NCBI GenBank assembly: GCA_963666485.2
Contig: CAXXUO010000010.1
Location: 67,155-131,154, forward strand
Direction of reading: 5' to 3'
DNA: 64,000 bases
Origin: Syntrophorhabdaceae bacterium
Lineage (GTDB): Bacteria > Desulfobacterota > Syntrophorhabdia > Syntrophorhabdales > Syntrophorhabdaceae
A model generated the notes under the pieces. That model was not told the origin of the DNA and did no database searches. It saw nothing but the letters and a program-made list of their open reading frames with translations. Both the position numbers and the translations under genes were made by a program. Each line of letters begins with the position of its first letter. Position 1 is the first letter of the stretch. Shown here in pieces: positions 38,237-49,600 of this stretch.

Positions 38237-40050
38237 GAATATCCGAAGCGATGCGGTACAGGCTTTTCCAGTCGTGCATCAATAACGTCAACCAGCAATT
38301 GACCGACCTGCAAAAGAAGTTATCGACGGGAAAGAACATCAATGCCCCGTCGGACGATCCCATAATCTACGCACGGGCGATCGAATATGATTCCCGGCTG
38401 AGCCTCGGGACGCAGTTCAACGACAACCTGCAGCGCTTGAACACCCTTGTGGGTATATACGATTCTTCGCTGACGAACATCGAGGACAATCTCAAGCAAT
38501 TGTACGAAATGGCAAATAGCTACGGCACCGCCAATACCGCCCTTCGTCAGTCGTATGCCGACGGGCTGGAGAATATCATCGAGCAGCTTGTCACGGTAGC
38601 CAACACCCGATTGGGCGAGGCATACGTTTTCGGGGGCGAGCAGGCCGACACGGCACCCTTTCAGTTGAACAATGACTACTCGGTCAGTTACACCGTTTCC
38701 GCGGATGCCGAGGATGCAACCAAAATATTCATTGATTCGGGCCAGCTCGGCAAGTTTGGCCTGTCGGGCAGAGAAGCCCTTTACAGCACATCGAAGATCG
38801 CCTTCGGAGATGTTTCTAACATATACCAGGGAGACATCTATTCGAACACGGAAAGTTTCGCATACGTCATCGGCGCGGCCAATCGCGCGATCATGGTGAA
38901 CGGCGCGGCGGTGAACCTTACAACAGGTGTTTATACCGGCGCAAGTCTCGCGAAAGAGATCGGGACACGGCTGGGGGCCGATTATTCGGTAGCTTTTGAT
39001 CCCACGACCCGGAAGTTCGTCATTACGAACAACGGTACAACACCCGTAACGTTCAACTGGTCAAACGCGGGCGCCACCGCCGCTGCAACACTCGGTTTCG
39101 ATGCCGTCAACTCCGTTATCGGGGCCGGCGAGACCGAAATGAGCGACATCGACTCCGGGAGGAAGTCTATTTCTGTCAAGATCGTGACCGGAGGTTCGGC
39201 GACGGGCATCATTGCGAACCGCGCGACGTACTCCTACTCGATAGATGGCGGCCTGACGTGGTCGGCGGCAATGGCGGTCAGCACCGGCGGGGCAGATGCA
39301 ACGGCGGACATAACAATAGATGGTACGAACAACACGCTTTTCCGCAACGGGGCGGCAGTCACACTCACGAATGGGACCTATACGGGTGATGACCTGGCGA
39401 CGGAAATTGAGACCCGGCTGGGGGCAGGGTATTCCGCAACCTATAATCCTGAAACGAGAAAGTTTTCCATTACCAACAGCAGCGGGAGTGTCGCAATATT
39501 CAACTGGTCCAACGCCGGTGCCACCGCGGCAGGCGTTCTCGGTTTCGATAATGTCGACTCTGTCGTCAGCAGCGGGAATTCCGACGTGAGCGATTATGAC
39601 GCCGGCATGTTCATCGATGGCGCGGGGATCGCGAATACTGTGAATAACCGCATAAAGCTGGCATTTGGAACGACGAACACCCCGCTTGTCGCAAACGATG
39701 CATTCCAGGTAAAAGACCTCAGCGTTTTCGAACTGCTCAAGAATTTCAAGGACGCTTTCGACAGCGGGAACACGACATGGGTCTCAAAAAACATCACACA
39801 TATCGATTGCGCCCGCAGCCTGAACTCAAAGAATAATTCCGTGGTCGCTTTTGAAGGTGCGCAGGCCGAGAAACTCATCGATAACAACAAGGCCCGGGCA
39901 AACCAGATCGAAGACGAAAAAACGAACCTGCTCAACGCCGACACCGCAACACTCGGGACCGAGTTCAACGTTCTCCTCAATACGTACCAGACATTGCTTT
40001 CCGCATTTGCCAAGATGCGGTCGATAAGCATACTGAACTATCTCAACTAA
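38233..40050 (+). CDS. flgL: hook-associated protein FlgL (long, internally duplicated)
   Basis: MRIS...STGK.I..PSDDP, YVFGG, SILNYL. Confidence 0.9.
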   Translation: MRISEAMRYRLFQSCINNVNQQLTDLQKKLSTGKNINAPSDDPIIYARAIEYDSRLSLGTQFNDNLQRLNTLVGIYDSSLTNIEDNLKQLYEMANSYGTANTALRQSYADGLENIIEQLVTVANTRLGEAYVFGGEQADTAPFQLNNDYSVSYTVSADAEDATKIFIDSGQLGKFGLSGREALYSTSKIAFGDVSNIYQGDIYSNTESFAYVIGAANRAIMVNGAAVNLTTGVYTGASLAKEIGTRLGADYSVAFDPTTRKFVITNNGTTPVTFNWSNAGATAAATLGFDAVNSVIGAGETEMSDIDSGRKSISVKIVTGGSATGIIANRATYSYSIDGGLTWSAAMAVSTGGADATADITIDGTNNTLFRNGAAVTLTNGTYTGDDLATEIETRLGAGYSATYNPETRKFSITNSSGSVAIFNWSNAGATAAGVLGFDNVDSVVSSGNSDVSDYDAGMFIDGAGIANTVNNRIKLAFGTTNTPLVANDAFQVKDLSVFELLKNFKDAFDSGNTTWVSKNITHIDCARSLNSKNNSVVAFEGAQAEKLIDNNKARANQIEDEKTNLLNADTATLGTEFNVLLNTYQTLLSAFAKMRSISILNYLN

Positions 40051-40137
40051 AACAATAAACAGCAGGAACAAGGAGTGAGGAGCGAGTGACGCGGAATCTG
40101 TCGTTCGAACGAACCCTTTGAAATACTACCAGAATAT

Positions 40138-40289
40138 CGTCATCCCGGTGCTTGACACCGGGATCCAAGGTTTTGCCGCTCCATTCTGCCATCCACTTTG
40201 CCTGTTGCAAAAGACTTTGTCATAGTGGTCCGAAATAACAAAGCAAAGACTGAAGACGCTGGATACCGGTGTCAAGCACCGGGATGACG
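40138..40289. repeat. inverted pair of 30-bp REP-like palindromes
   Basis: CGTCATCCCGGTGCTTGACACCGGGATCCA (40138-40167) and near-perfect reverse copy (40260-40289). Confidence 0.85.
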
Positions 40290-40372
40290 AGGGGCGGCAT
40301 GGTCTTTACGGTCTTTATTAAAGGTATAAATTGGATTATGATATACACACTATTCCAAACAGGAGTGCCGTG

Positions 40373-41164
40373 ATGAATGTGCTTGATGTGCCGGTGGTCA
40401 AATATTCCGACATAGGTCCCCATTCAGTTGTTGAACAGGTGGCGGTGGAAGAGCCCCTGGAGATATACGTCGACAACATGCCTTTCTACATGACCATGCG
40501 CCTGCCGGGGGAAGAGGTTTCGCTGGCGCTGGGGTTGTGTTTTACGGACGGCCTTATCGCATCGATGGACGATGTCTCGGGAGCCAATTACTGCAGCGAC
40601 ATTTCAACGAACAAAATAAATGTCTACCTGAGTGAGGCGCGCAAGAAAAGGCCGATCCCGGTGAAGGACAGGCAGTTCACCAGCTATTCGAGCTGCGGCC
40701 TGTGCGGCTCGGACATGATACGCGATCTTACCGCCTCCATAGAAAAGATAGAGAAGACAATAACGGTACCGTTCGCCGACCTGTTCCCGATGCAGGATGT
40801 CATGGTCGAGAACCAGGCAGCCCGCCGGTCCACCGGCGCCACGCACGCTGCGTCGATATTTGACGGGCAGGGCAATTTCCTGTCCTTTTCCGAAGACGTC
40901 GGCAGGCATAACGGCCTCGACAAGGCCATCGGGAAACTCCTTTTCGACGGCAGGCTTCGCCAGGCGAAGATCGTGCACCTGAGCTCCCGGCTGAGTTACG
41001 AAATGGTCATGAAGGCCGCCCGCATGCGCGCCGAGATACTCACCGGCGTGTCAGCTGCGACATCGCTTGCCATCCAGGTCGCTGACGCCCTCGGCATAAC
41101 CCTCATCGGCTCCCTGCGTGAACCGCGGGGGAACGTGTTTACGCATGCGGAAAGGATAGGGTAA
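40373..41164 (+). CDS. fdhD: formate dehydrogenase accessory sulfurtransferase FdhD
   Basis: VEEPLEI, TMRLPG, SSCGLCG, TGATHAA, EDVGRHNGLDK. Confidence 0.93.
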   Translation: MNVLDVPVVKYSDIGPHSVVEQVAVEEPLEIYVDNMPFYMTMRLPGEEVSLALGLCFTDGLIASMDDVSGANYCSDISTNKINVYLSEARKKRPIPVKDRQFTSYSSCGLCGSDMIRDLTASIEKIEKTITVPFADLFPMQDVMVENQAARRSTGATHAASIFDGQGNFLSFSEDVGRHNGLDKAIGKLLFDGRLRQAKIVHLSSRLSYEMVMKAARMRAEILTGVSAATSLAIQVADALGITLIGSLREPRGNVFTHAERIG

Positions 41165-41343
41165 CGGCGTACGGCGTACGGCGAACGGCGCACTCTCACC
41201 CCCTCCGTCATCCCGGTGCTTGACACCGGGATCCATGCCTTTGTTTTTCTTTCTTTGTAAAAAATTCTTTATCACAGCCATTTTTCGAAACAAATTCTAG
41301 GGCAGGCATTTCCGCTTGCCGTCCGCCGTCCGCCGTCCGCCGT
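41164..41343. repeat. inverted heptamer-repeat element (ACGGCGT family) with nested 30-bp REP copy
   Basis: ACGGCGT/ACGGCGA run 41164-41190; (CGCCGTC)n 41318-41343; REP copy 41206-41235 identical to 40138-40167. Confidence 0.85.
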
Positions 41344-41357
41344 TCTTTACCTTCCCC

Positions 41358-41384
41358 TTAAGTTCCTTTCACAATCGTCGATAA
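41358..41384 (+). promoter_or_regulatory. sigma28 promoter for flagellin
   Basis: TTAA-N15-GTCGATAA. Confidence 0.75.
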
Positions 41385-41508
41385 CTATTTCATGAACATA
41401 GAGACCGTGCTCACCAGGGAGGTGAAAACAATTTCGGGAATGGGCACACCATTCGCAGCACCCCGGCGAGATCGCCGGGAGAAAAAATCCTAGAAAAGGA
41501 GATCAACC

Positions 41509-42660
41509 ATGTCAGACATTTCATTAACCAAAGGTATGCGGTCAAACCTTCTGGCCCTCCAGAGCACAGTGAACTTGATGGACAGAACACAGGGAAGGTT
41601 GGCGACAGGCAAGAAAGTCAATTCAGCTCTCGACAATCCGACAAACTATTTTACGGCCCTCAACCATACGTCGCGTGCAAACGACCTTCTGGGCTTCAAG
41701 GACGGGATCTCGGAAGCTATCCAGACAATCAAAGCTGCCGACAATGCAATTACAGGGATCACAACTCTTATCAATTCCGCGAAAGCTGTTGCCGAGGCGG
41801 CCAAAGGCGCACTGACCTCGGGAACCGGGTCCACGAGCCAGACCCTCACAATTAATACCATCACCGGTATAACCGCTGGTACCACCATCAACATCGGCGG
41901 GACGACATTCACCGCGATGGCGGGCACTGCGACAGCGGCTACCAACTTCTCGATCGACTCAGCTACCACGTCGGGTATCGCTGTAGCTCTCGCATCCGCG
42001 ATCAATGCCACAACGGAAACCAGGAGCATGACAGCCGCAGTGAGCGGCAGCCAGATCACGGTAACAGCAGCCGCCAATACGATGATCGCCGCCGATATCG
42101 AGTTCGCCCCCGCGATGAGTCTTGCCTACTCCGAATCCGCGATATCGGCATCCACCGATCTGAGTTCCAAGGTTACCCAGTACAGCAACCTCATGACACA
42201 GCTCGACAACCTGAAGACGGATGCGTTCTATAAGGGTAAAAACCTCCTCGGAGGAGCTGCGGGCGGAACGAACGATATGGCGGTCCGCTTCGGCAATAGC
42301 CATAGCCTTACGGTGGCCAGTTTTGATGGGTCCAGGTCCGGGCTCGCCATTTCGGCAACGCTGACGACGACGAGCGAGGCGACCCTGCAGACGGTCATAG
42401 ATTCATTGGATACAGCCATATCGACACTGCAGACGCAGTCTTCAAACCTTTCCAGCAACCTGAGCATTATTAATGCCAGGGATGAGTGGATCTCCGGGAT
42501 CGCATCTGTCCTGCAGACAGGCGCCGATAACCTGACGCTTGCCGATACCAACGAGGAGGGTGCGAACATGCTGATGCTCCAAACGCGCCAGTCCTTGAGC
42601 ACCTCGGCATTGAGCCTGTCAGCACAGGCAGCACAGTCGGTCCTGAGGCTGTTCCAGTAG
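41509..42660 (+). CDS. fliC: flagellin
   Basis: RLATGKKVNSALDNP N-terminus; LADTNEEGA...QSVLRLF C-terminus; Ser/Thr/Ala-rich centre. Confidence 0.93.
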   Translation: MSDISLTKGMRSNLLALQSTVNLMDRTQGRLATGKKVNSALDNPTNYFTALNHTSRANDLLGFKDGISEAIQTIKAADNAITGITTLINSAKAVAEAAKGALTSGTGSTSQTLTINTITGITAGTTINIGGTTFTAMAGTATAATNFSIDSATTSGIAVALASAINATTETRSMTAAVSGSQITVTAAANTMIAADIEFAPAMSLAYSESAISASTDLSSKVTQYSNLMTQLDNLKTDAFYKGKNLLGGAAGGTNDMAVRFGNSHSLTVASFDGSRSGLAISATLTTTSEATLQTVIDSLDTAISTLQTQSSNLSSNLSIINARDEWISGIASVLQTGADNLTLADTNEEGANMLMLQTRQSLSTSALSLSAQAAQSVLRLFQ

Positions 42661-42680
42661 TAACGGATCGAAAACAAACC

Positions 42681-42704
42681 GGGGGAGGGATACATCCCTC
42701 CCCC
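42681..42704 (+). terminator. GC-rich hairpin after flagellin (terminator or stabiliser, no clear U-tract)
   Basis: GGGGAGGGAT-AC-ATCCCTCCCC. Confidence 0.5.
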
Positions 42705-42725
42705 ACCCTATAAGGGGGTGATGTC

Positions 42726-42923
42726 ATGCCCATCGACAAAATAAACAGTATGGATGCCGTGTTAAATGCAAACCACGGCCAGGCGCAGCACAAAGTGCAA
42801 AATAAGGCCATAGAGGACAGCGTAGACATAGGCGAAATGTCATCGCATAAAAATGACCCGACGAAAATAAGCTACCCCCCGTTCCTTCCGGTTGGCGACA
42901 CGCAAGGCATTTACAGGAAATGA
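42726..42923 (+). CDS. small hypothetical protein between fliC and flbT
   Basis: 65 aa; GGGGTG RBS; fills the gap. Confidence 0.55.
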   Translation: MPIDKINSMDAVLNANHGQAQHKVQNKAIEDSVDIGEMSSHKNDPTKISYPPFLPVGDTQGIYRK

Positions 42924-42930
42924 GGGAACT

Positions 42931-43326
42931 ATGGCCCTGAAAATAAAACTGAAACCTCACGAAAGGTTGATAATTGGCGGTGCAGTTGTAACGAACGGGG
43001 ATGCAAAATGCGATCTCATTATCGAGAACGAAGTCCCCGTTTTACGTGACAAGGATATACTCCGGGAAAAAGATGCGGATAGCCCGGCCAAGAGAGTCTA
43101 TTTTGTTATTCAGCTTATGTATATCGATGACAAGGACATTGTGGAGAAACACAATATATACTGGGCCCTTGTAAAAGACTTGGTTGAAGCTGCCCCAAGT
43201 ACCGCAGGATTATTGTCAGAGATCAGCAGCCTTATTATCGAGGGAAAGCATTATACGGCCCTTAAGCTGGCAAAAAAACTTATAGATTTTGAAGGGGAGG
43301 CTATACGTAATGCGCGCAGGGATTAA
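42931..43326 (+). CDS. flbT: flagellar biosynthesis repressor FlbT
   Basis: MALKIKLKPHERLIIGGAV, VLRDKDI, SPAKRVYF.IQLMY, YTALK. Confidence 0.9.
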   Translation: MALKIKLKPHERLIIGGAVVTNGDAKCDLIIENEVPVLRDKDILREKDADSPAKRVYFVIQLMYIDDKDIVEKHNIYWALVKDLVEAAPSTAGLLSEISSLIIEGKHYTALKLAKKLIDFEGEAIRNARRD

Positions 43327-43684
43327 TGCCTACAATGAGACCATGAAATCTACCCTGTCGGGAAGGGACCTTGAGGCATCGATTCTTTCTAAGGCCGCCC
43401 GTCTTCTCAAAGAGTGCCAGGATAAATGGGACGAAGAAGGCCATTTTACCCGGCTCGATGAAGCTCTCGTATTTAACCAGAGGATCTGGACAATTTTTCA
43501 GGATGAACTGATAAGGCAGGACAATCCCCTTCCGGAACAGTTACGGGGCAATATCCTGAGCCTGAGTGTCTTTATCGATAAGCGGATCGTTGAGATAATG
43601 AGGGATCCTTCGCCTGATAAACTTGACATAATAATAAATATAAATCAGAACATAGCTTCGGGCCTGCGCGGCTCGCCACCCTGA
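43310..43684 (+). CDS. flaF: flagellar regulator FlaF
   Basis: AY...RDLEA, ALVFNQRIWTIF, NPLPEQLRGNILSL, ININQNIASGL. Confidence 0.9.
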   Translation: MRAGINAYNETMKSTLSGRDLEASILSKAARLLKECQDKWDEEGHFTRLDEALVFNQRIWTIFQDELIRQDNPLPEQLRGNILSLSVFIDKRIVEIMRDPSPDKLDIIININQNIASGLRGSPP

Positions 43685-43692
43685 TTTCCCCA

Positions 43693-46600
43693 TCATACAG
43701 CCTGGCCTTCCCTGCACTCATTCAATAAGCTTACCGTATCGGGGTCCCTGTTATTCCAGGTGATCACGCTTTCCAAAAGAGCTATCGATTGTTCCGTTTT
43801 CCCGGCAAGTTTTAATTTTTTTGCCAGGGAATGAAAGGCAGGATCGTAATTATAGCCTTTTTCTTTCATCGACTTCATGAGGGAGATCCCATCCTGTGCC
43901 TGTCCGGTGATGCAATACGCGGCTATAAGTGCGGCCTGGGCCGGTGGATAGTTATCGACCTTTGCAAGTAAATTCTTGAGACGGTCCACCGCCTCGTATT
44001 CGTCACCGGCACACAACGAAGCGGCCGCATATGTTAATACTGTTTCTTTCGATACCGGGTCGATCTCGTATGCTTTTTTCGCAGCGCTGAACGCATTTTC
44101 AAATTGTCCCATCTCAAGGTAAATGCTGGCCATGTTAAAATGAGGAAGGGCAAGGTCCGGTTTAATTCTTGAATAGGCGCACCAATGGTCTATCGCCTCA
44201 TCATGCCTTCCCAATTCTTCGGCCTGTACTGCCAATTCCCGGAGGGCCATCGGTGTGTTTCCTGCCAGCTCCAATTTCTTTTTCCCCAATTCATAATAAC
44301 TGTTTCCCTTTGCCTTACCTTTTTCAGACGGGAGCTTTCCATAATGATGAATGGGTATAGTGCATTTTTTGATTTCTATCCCTGCCTGCATGATCGAGGG
44401 TTCCAGGATCTCGTGAACGGGATTAGAAAAACAGATCCTTGGATCACGGGTAAATAGTCTCACTTTATTGCTGGGGAACCAGCCGGTCCCTTGTTCTTCC
44501 TCTGCGTATTCACGCACGGTATTGGGGACCCAGCCGTCAGTCGCGGGTTCTATAATGTAATTTCGCGTAATAATGTCATAGGCGACAGGCTGCGAACTGT
44601 TTTTCCGTATGAGTTGTTTCAGGCTGTCGTGATCACGCGGCGACAGGACCTCGTCGGCATCGTGAACAAGGACCCATTCTCCCTGTGCTTTTTCGAGCGA
44701 GACATTCCTGGCCTCCGAAAAGTTCTCTGTCCACGGATAGTCGTAAACCCGGGCACCAAAAATACGGCAAATATCCCTTGTCCTGTCGGTTGAGCCTGTA
44801 TCGACAACAATAATCTCGTCTGCGACGGGCTTGATGCTTTCCAGGCATTTCAGTATAAATTTTTCTTCATTCTTGACTATCATACAGATCGACAGTGTTC
44901 CGGCCGTGCCTGCCCGGTCATCGATTATGCGCGCGCCAATACGATCCCTTACGGAGAGAGCGGCTTGAAGCAGTTCGTCATCGATGCCGAAATCAAGTAT
45001 TGTTTTTTCTATGTGCTTCATTGCGTCATCATATTTATCCTGTTCGAGAAGCAGGGCCGTGTGAAGAAAGACCAGTTTCTTGTTTTTTGGATAAAGCCGG
45101 AGAGCCTCTCTAACGACGGTTTCTCCCCTTTCAAGGTTCCCCGCTGATCGTATGGCTGTATGATACGTCGTTGAAAAATCTTCATTATCCGGAGACAGAA
45201 TAAAAGCCCGTTCGATATATTCAAGCGCCTCATGCCTGGCGTCTTCATCCTGCCATTTCATGACTCCTATATGCATGTAGGGTTCAGCCAGGCCGGGGTT
45301 AGCTAAGATCGCCTGGCGAAATAATGTCCCGGCGCCATGGCGGTCGCCGAGCCTGCCTATCAGCAATCCTTTTAAGGTCAAAGCGGATGCGGAGTCGGGG
45401 CTAAGCGCAAGTACGCTATCATTGTATTCCCTGGCCGCTTCCAGGTTATCGAGATAAAAATTGCAATATGCCAGAATGTCCCGGGCGTGGGCCGTATTTC
45501 GCTCATGATCGGATAACGAATCCAATGCTTCCCTCGCTTGATCGAACATTTTTGCGCTCAGCAGTATCCGGGACAGGCAGTAATACAGGCTGCTGTTCTC
45601 GGGAGCATACCGTATTCCGTCCATTATGGCGGATATCGATTCCTGCAGCAGCCCTTTGCCGTAAAGGTCCATGGCGTTCTTTAAGGTACCGGAGACCAAC
45701 AATGTCTTGCCGGATGGTGTACCAGGGTCCGGATTTGCCCATTTTGACTGGAACACTTCATCGCGGGACTTCTGTGCATCGTCCGGGTCGATCCTGTAAA
45801 CGGCCGCGTCCGTTGCAACGCCGGCACTGTATTCATGGAGCAGGCCTCGTATCCTGTAATCATTCAATGTGAAAAACCTGTTTGAAATGTTCTCATCGAA
45901 CGGCCCGATATTGGCAACCGCCTGTTTCTTCATGAGGATGCAAAAAGTGTCGATCTCAAACGCCTCCACGAAACGATACGCGTTCCGTTCACCGAAAGGC
46001 CCCGTAAAATCTTCAAATTCAGCGAGGGACATATCCCGTGTGCCGGGGATCTCCTGAATGCCGGCTGCATGATTGGCCATAGGTACGACCATAGCGAGAT
46101 GATCGTTTGTCGTGAGGTAATGCATCATTTTTCTGATGGTTCCGTCCTGGATCACCGTACCTTGATCCAAAATAAGAACGTATTCACCGGTCGTATTTTT
46201 TAGAGCTTCGTTGCACATATGTGAAAAATTTGCTTGTTTATGCATCGATATAATCCTGGTCTTATCTTTGGCAGCTTTTTTCAACCAGGCGGGAATCTTG
46301 GACGGCTTTTTTGTGACTATGATCGTTTCACAGATCTGTTCGGTATTGATCGTCAGGAATTTAAGGCACTGGACCAAACTTTGGTTAAGGTGGGGTGCCG
46401 GAATTATTACCGACAATGACCGTTTCTTAACGTACGGATCTGACTGGCTTGTTTTGGTTCCCTGGACGGCACTCTCCCGGTCGATCTTTCGCTTTTTGAA
46501 CACAAAGCACCCGCAGCCGTATGTTTGCCGGTCGGCCAGTTCCCGCGTGCCATCGAGAAGTGTCCAGTTCCCGCCTTCAGCCTGGTCGGGGATAAGCCGA

Positions 46601-49600
46601 AATTGCTCAATGCTGAAGCCGTCAAAGTATCCGGCGATCTGGTCATATGAGTAGATCCTGTGTGCATTGAAAACAAGCCGCGGCCTTCCCATGGGAACGA
46701 CGAAGAGAAGTTGGCCCCCCGGTGTTACGACCCTTTTTAACTCGTTAATGGCCTTAAGGTCACCGTCCGGGTCTATCGGGTCCCCGTATCGTCCGAGCCC
46801 AATATGTTCAACCACATGCATGCACGAGAGGGAATCGATGCTGTTATCGGGAAAAGGAAGCTTCGTTGCGTCAGCCGCTTGTGAGTTGAGGCCCGACAAA
46901 CTTATGGGGGCCGGTCTGTAATCATAAAATTCGATGGGGACAAAGGCCGAAGCAATAGTCGCGAAATACAGGCTCGATGATATGTCGACATGCTTGACCG
47001 GCCGTGTTTCAGCCAGTACGCGGGCGGCCCATGACGTATGGAGCATGTAATGCGGGTCGAAATCGAGAGAAGGTGTCCGTTCGTCGATGCACATGATATC
47101 GGACGGGTTTATAACGAACCTCTTTTCCGTTTTCTCGAGAAGATGGGTGTATTGGCCCGCATCCTCATGAAACCGGGTGGCCGGGCTTGCCTCCGGCGCG
47201 GCGGGGATGGATCCGTTTATAATTTCCCGCATTTTCTGGGCATATATACTGTGTGGTTGTTCGTGCAAGGCTTTATCGACATGCTGCGCAGCGGCTTCGG
47301 GCCTTCCTGTCTGGAGATAGGCCTCTGCCAGGTAGATGCTCAGCCGCGGGCGGTAAAAGCCTTGCCCGATGGCAGCCTCTATTTCATCTATAGTCTCTGA
47401 ATATTTCCCGTCGCCCATGCAGGTAAGTGCCTTCCAGAGCCTCAAATAGCCGCAACCCGGCGCCCCGGATCGGAACACGGCATGATATGTATTGATAGCT
47501 TGCAGTTCATCACCGCATGCCTGGCGGATGATGTCTTCTGCCTTGAAGACGGTGTGCTCATCCAGGACCCCGTCATCATAGAACCTGGTGGCGGTACATG
47601 CCGATACGACCGGGGAGAACACCTGGTCCGTACCATGATAGGCTATCAGGATATCGCCATACACAACGAACCGGTAATTCTCGTCGATTGCACTTATTTC
47701 ATTACAGACTTCTGTCAGGGAAGGGTAGTCGGTTTCCCCGTCCGCGCCTGCGGTGGGGAATAGCCGTATATCATCGATCATTATGGTGGAATCGGTTATG
47801 CCCGACCGGGCTATGGCCCTGATCTCCTCCAGTATCGGGGTGTCCTTTCCTGATCGCGCCGTCTCGTCGCCGCTGTAATGGCCATCGAGCCAGAAGAGGA
47901 TGGGGCCCGTAATATTCTGGAGGATCCCGGGCAGCACTTCCCCGGAATCACCCCGGTGTACCTTTACGTTGGATATGTTTTTTAAACGGTCGCAGGCGCG
48001 GTCAAAAAGCGTTTCATCCAATTCAACCGTATGAACTTCGCGGAAAACCCGTGAAGCGGCAAGCGCCGTGCTTCCCGCAAATGTACCGGTTTCTACGAAA
48101 ACGTGGCTGTCACAGAGGTCCCTCATTATTGTCAAAAATGCGGGATCCAAAGAAAAGTCAGCAGTTTTAATGAATGTAAGGGTCAGCACGGAATTTTCAG
48201 ATTGTTCCCTGACAGGATCACGGCTGCTATCATGACGTCCCTTGATCTCGGCATGGATTGCCTGCAGTTTCGGTACGGCGGAGTGCGATGGATCGATATC
48301 TGTCAATTTACCAATACATGTTTCGAGGGCATCGGGATTCCGGCTGACGGCGGCAAGATGCCCGAATATCGCTATCATGTCTGGATTACCGGGATCTTCA
48401 AGAAGGGCATTCTTGACCTTTTCGACGGCTTCGGCCAATCTTCCCGAATTTACAAGGGTATCGACGAGACCGGCCATTGCCTCGATATGAGACGGTTCAC
48501 GGGTAAGGACTGTTTCGAAAACCTCAACGGCCTTGTCAGTTTCGTTCATCAGGCTATGAAGCTCGGCCAGTTGAAGATACGTGGTCACTTCGGACGGCAT
48601 CAGCTCGATGGCCCTTTTCAAGGCGTCCCTTGCCTTCTCATATTCCCCTTTTCCGCGATACAGGGTTCCCAGCGCCGCATAGACTATCCCTGAATCGGGC
48701 CGCCCGGTGAGATGATCGCAGAAGATGGCGATTGCATTGTCCAAATCCCCCCGGCCAGCCGATTCCCGGGCACGGGCAAAAACGATGTTTATCTCGATTT
48801 CTTCGATACCGTTTGACGGAATGGGGACATAATGCCTGTTCTCGTCAAACTGCTGATTGCTTATGGTCTCTATATCGAAAGAACCGCCGTACGGGACATC
48901 CTTGGGAATGCCCCATTTGTCCTTGAAAATCCTCCATGCCTCCTGCAGGCGGGCATTGTAGGCTTCGTTGCCGCGTCCCTGGGGGCCTCCTGTATGATGG
49001 ATGAATATCTCGTGTGCGACGCACGGTTTCAATCCCGCTATATAAGCCCGCAGGGAATAGTCATCGTCTTCGAAGCCGAAAAGCCCGAACCGGCCGTCAA
49101 AGGTCCCTATTTTATTGGCTACGGCCCGTGTGATAAAGAGGCAAAAACTTATGAGCCGGTGCGTGAGGGTCAATCGTCCCTTGTTGTCCTCATAGTGTTT
49201 CCGGGCGAATTCCTCGAATTCATCGATATTGTCATATCGTGCGCCCGGCACCAACTGGTGCCCTGATGCGTAGTTCGAAACCGCCCCGATCATGCCGATG
49301 TCGGGGCGGGCCCGGGTGATAGCGATAAACTTTGTGAGCCATTCGTGTGAAACGATCGTGTCATCGTCAAGAAACGCGATATATTCACCACGGGCCACGG
49401 ACATTGCCTGCGCACGCGCGACCGCCGGCCCACGGTTCTCGTCATTTTCGATAAGAACGATATCATCCAATGATTTGAGGTATTCACGGGACCCGTCCTG
49501 TCGCGCATTGTCGACGACTATAATCTCGTATTCTTCGACGGTATTGCGTCGTATAGAGTCTATGCAGGCGCGGATATGATCAATTCCGTTAAAACTGAGG

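Noticed and set aside
41392..41508. c-di-GMP-I riboswitch in the flagellin leader
   Set aside because: GGGCACACCATTCG is superficially similar, but the GNRA tetraloop/receptor and GCAAAG elements are missing
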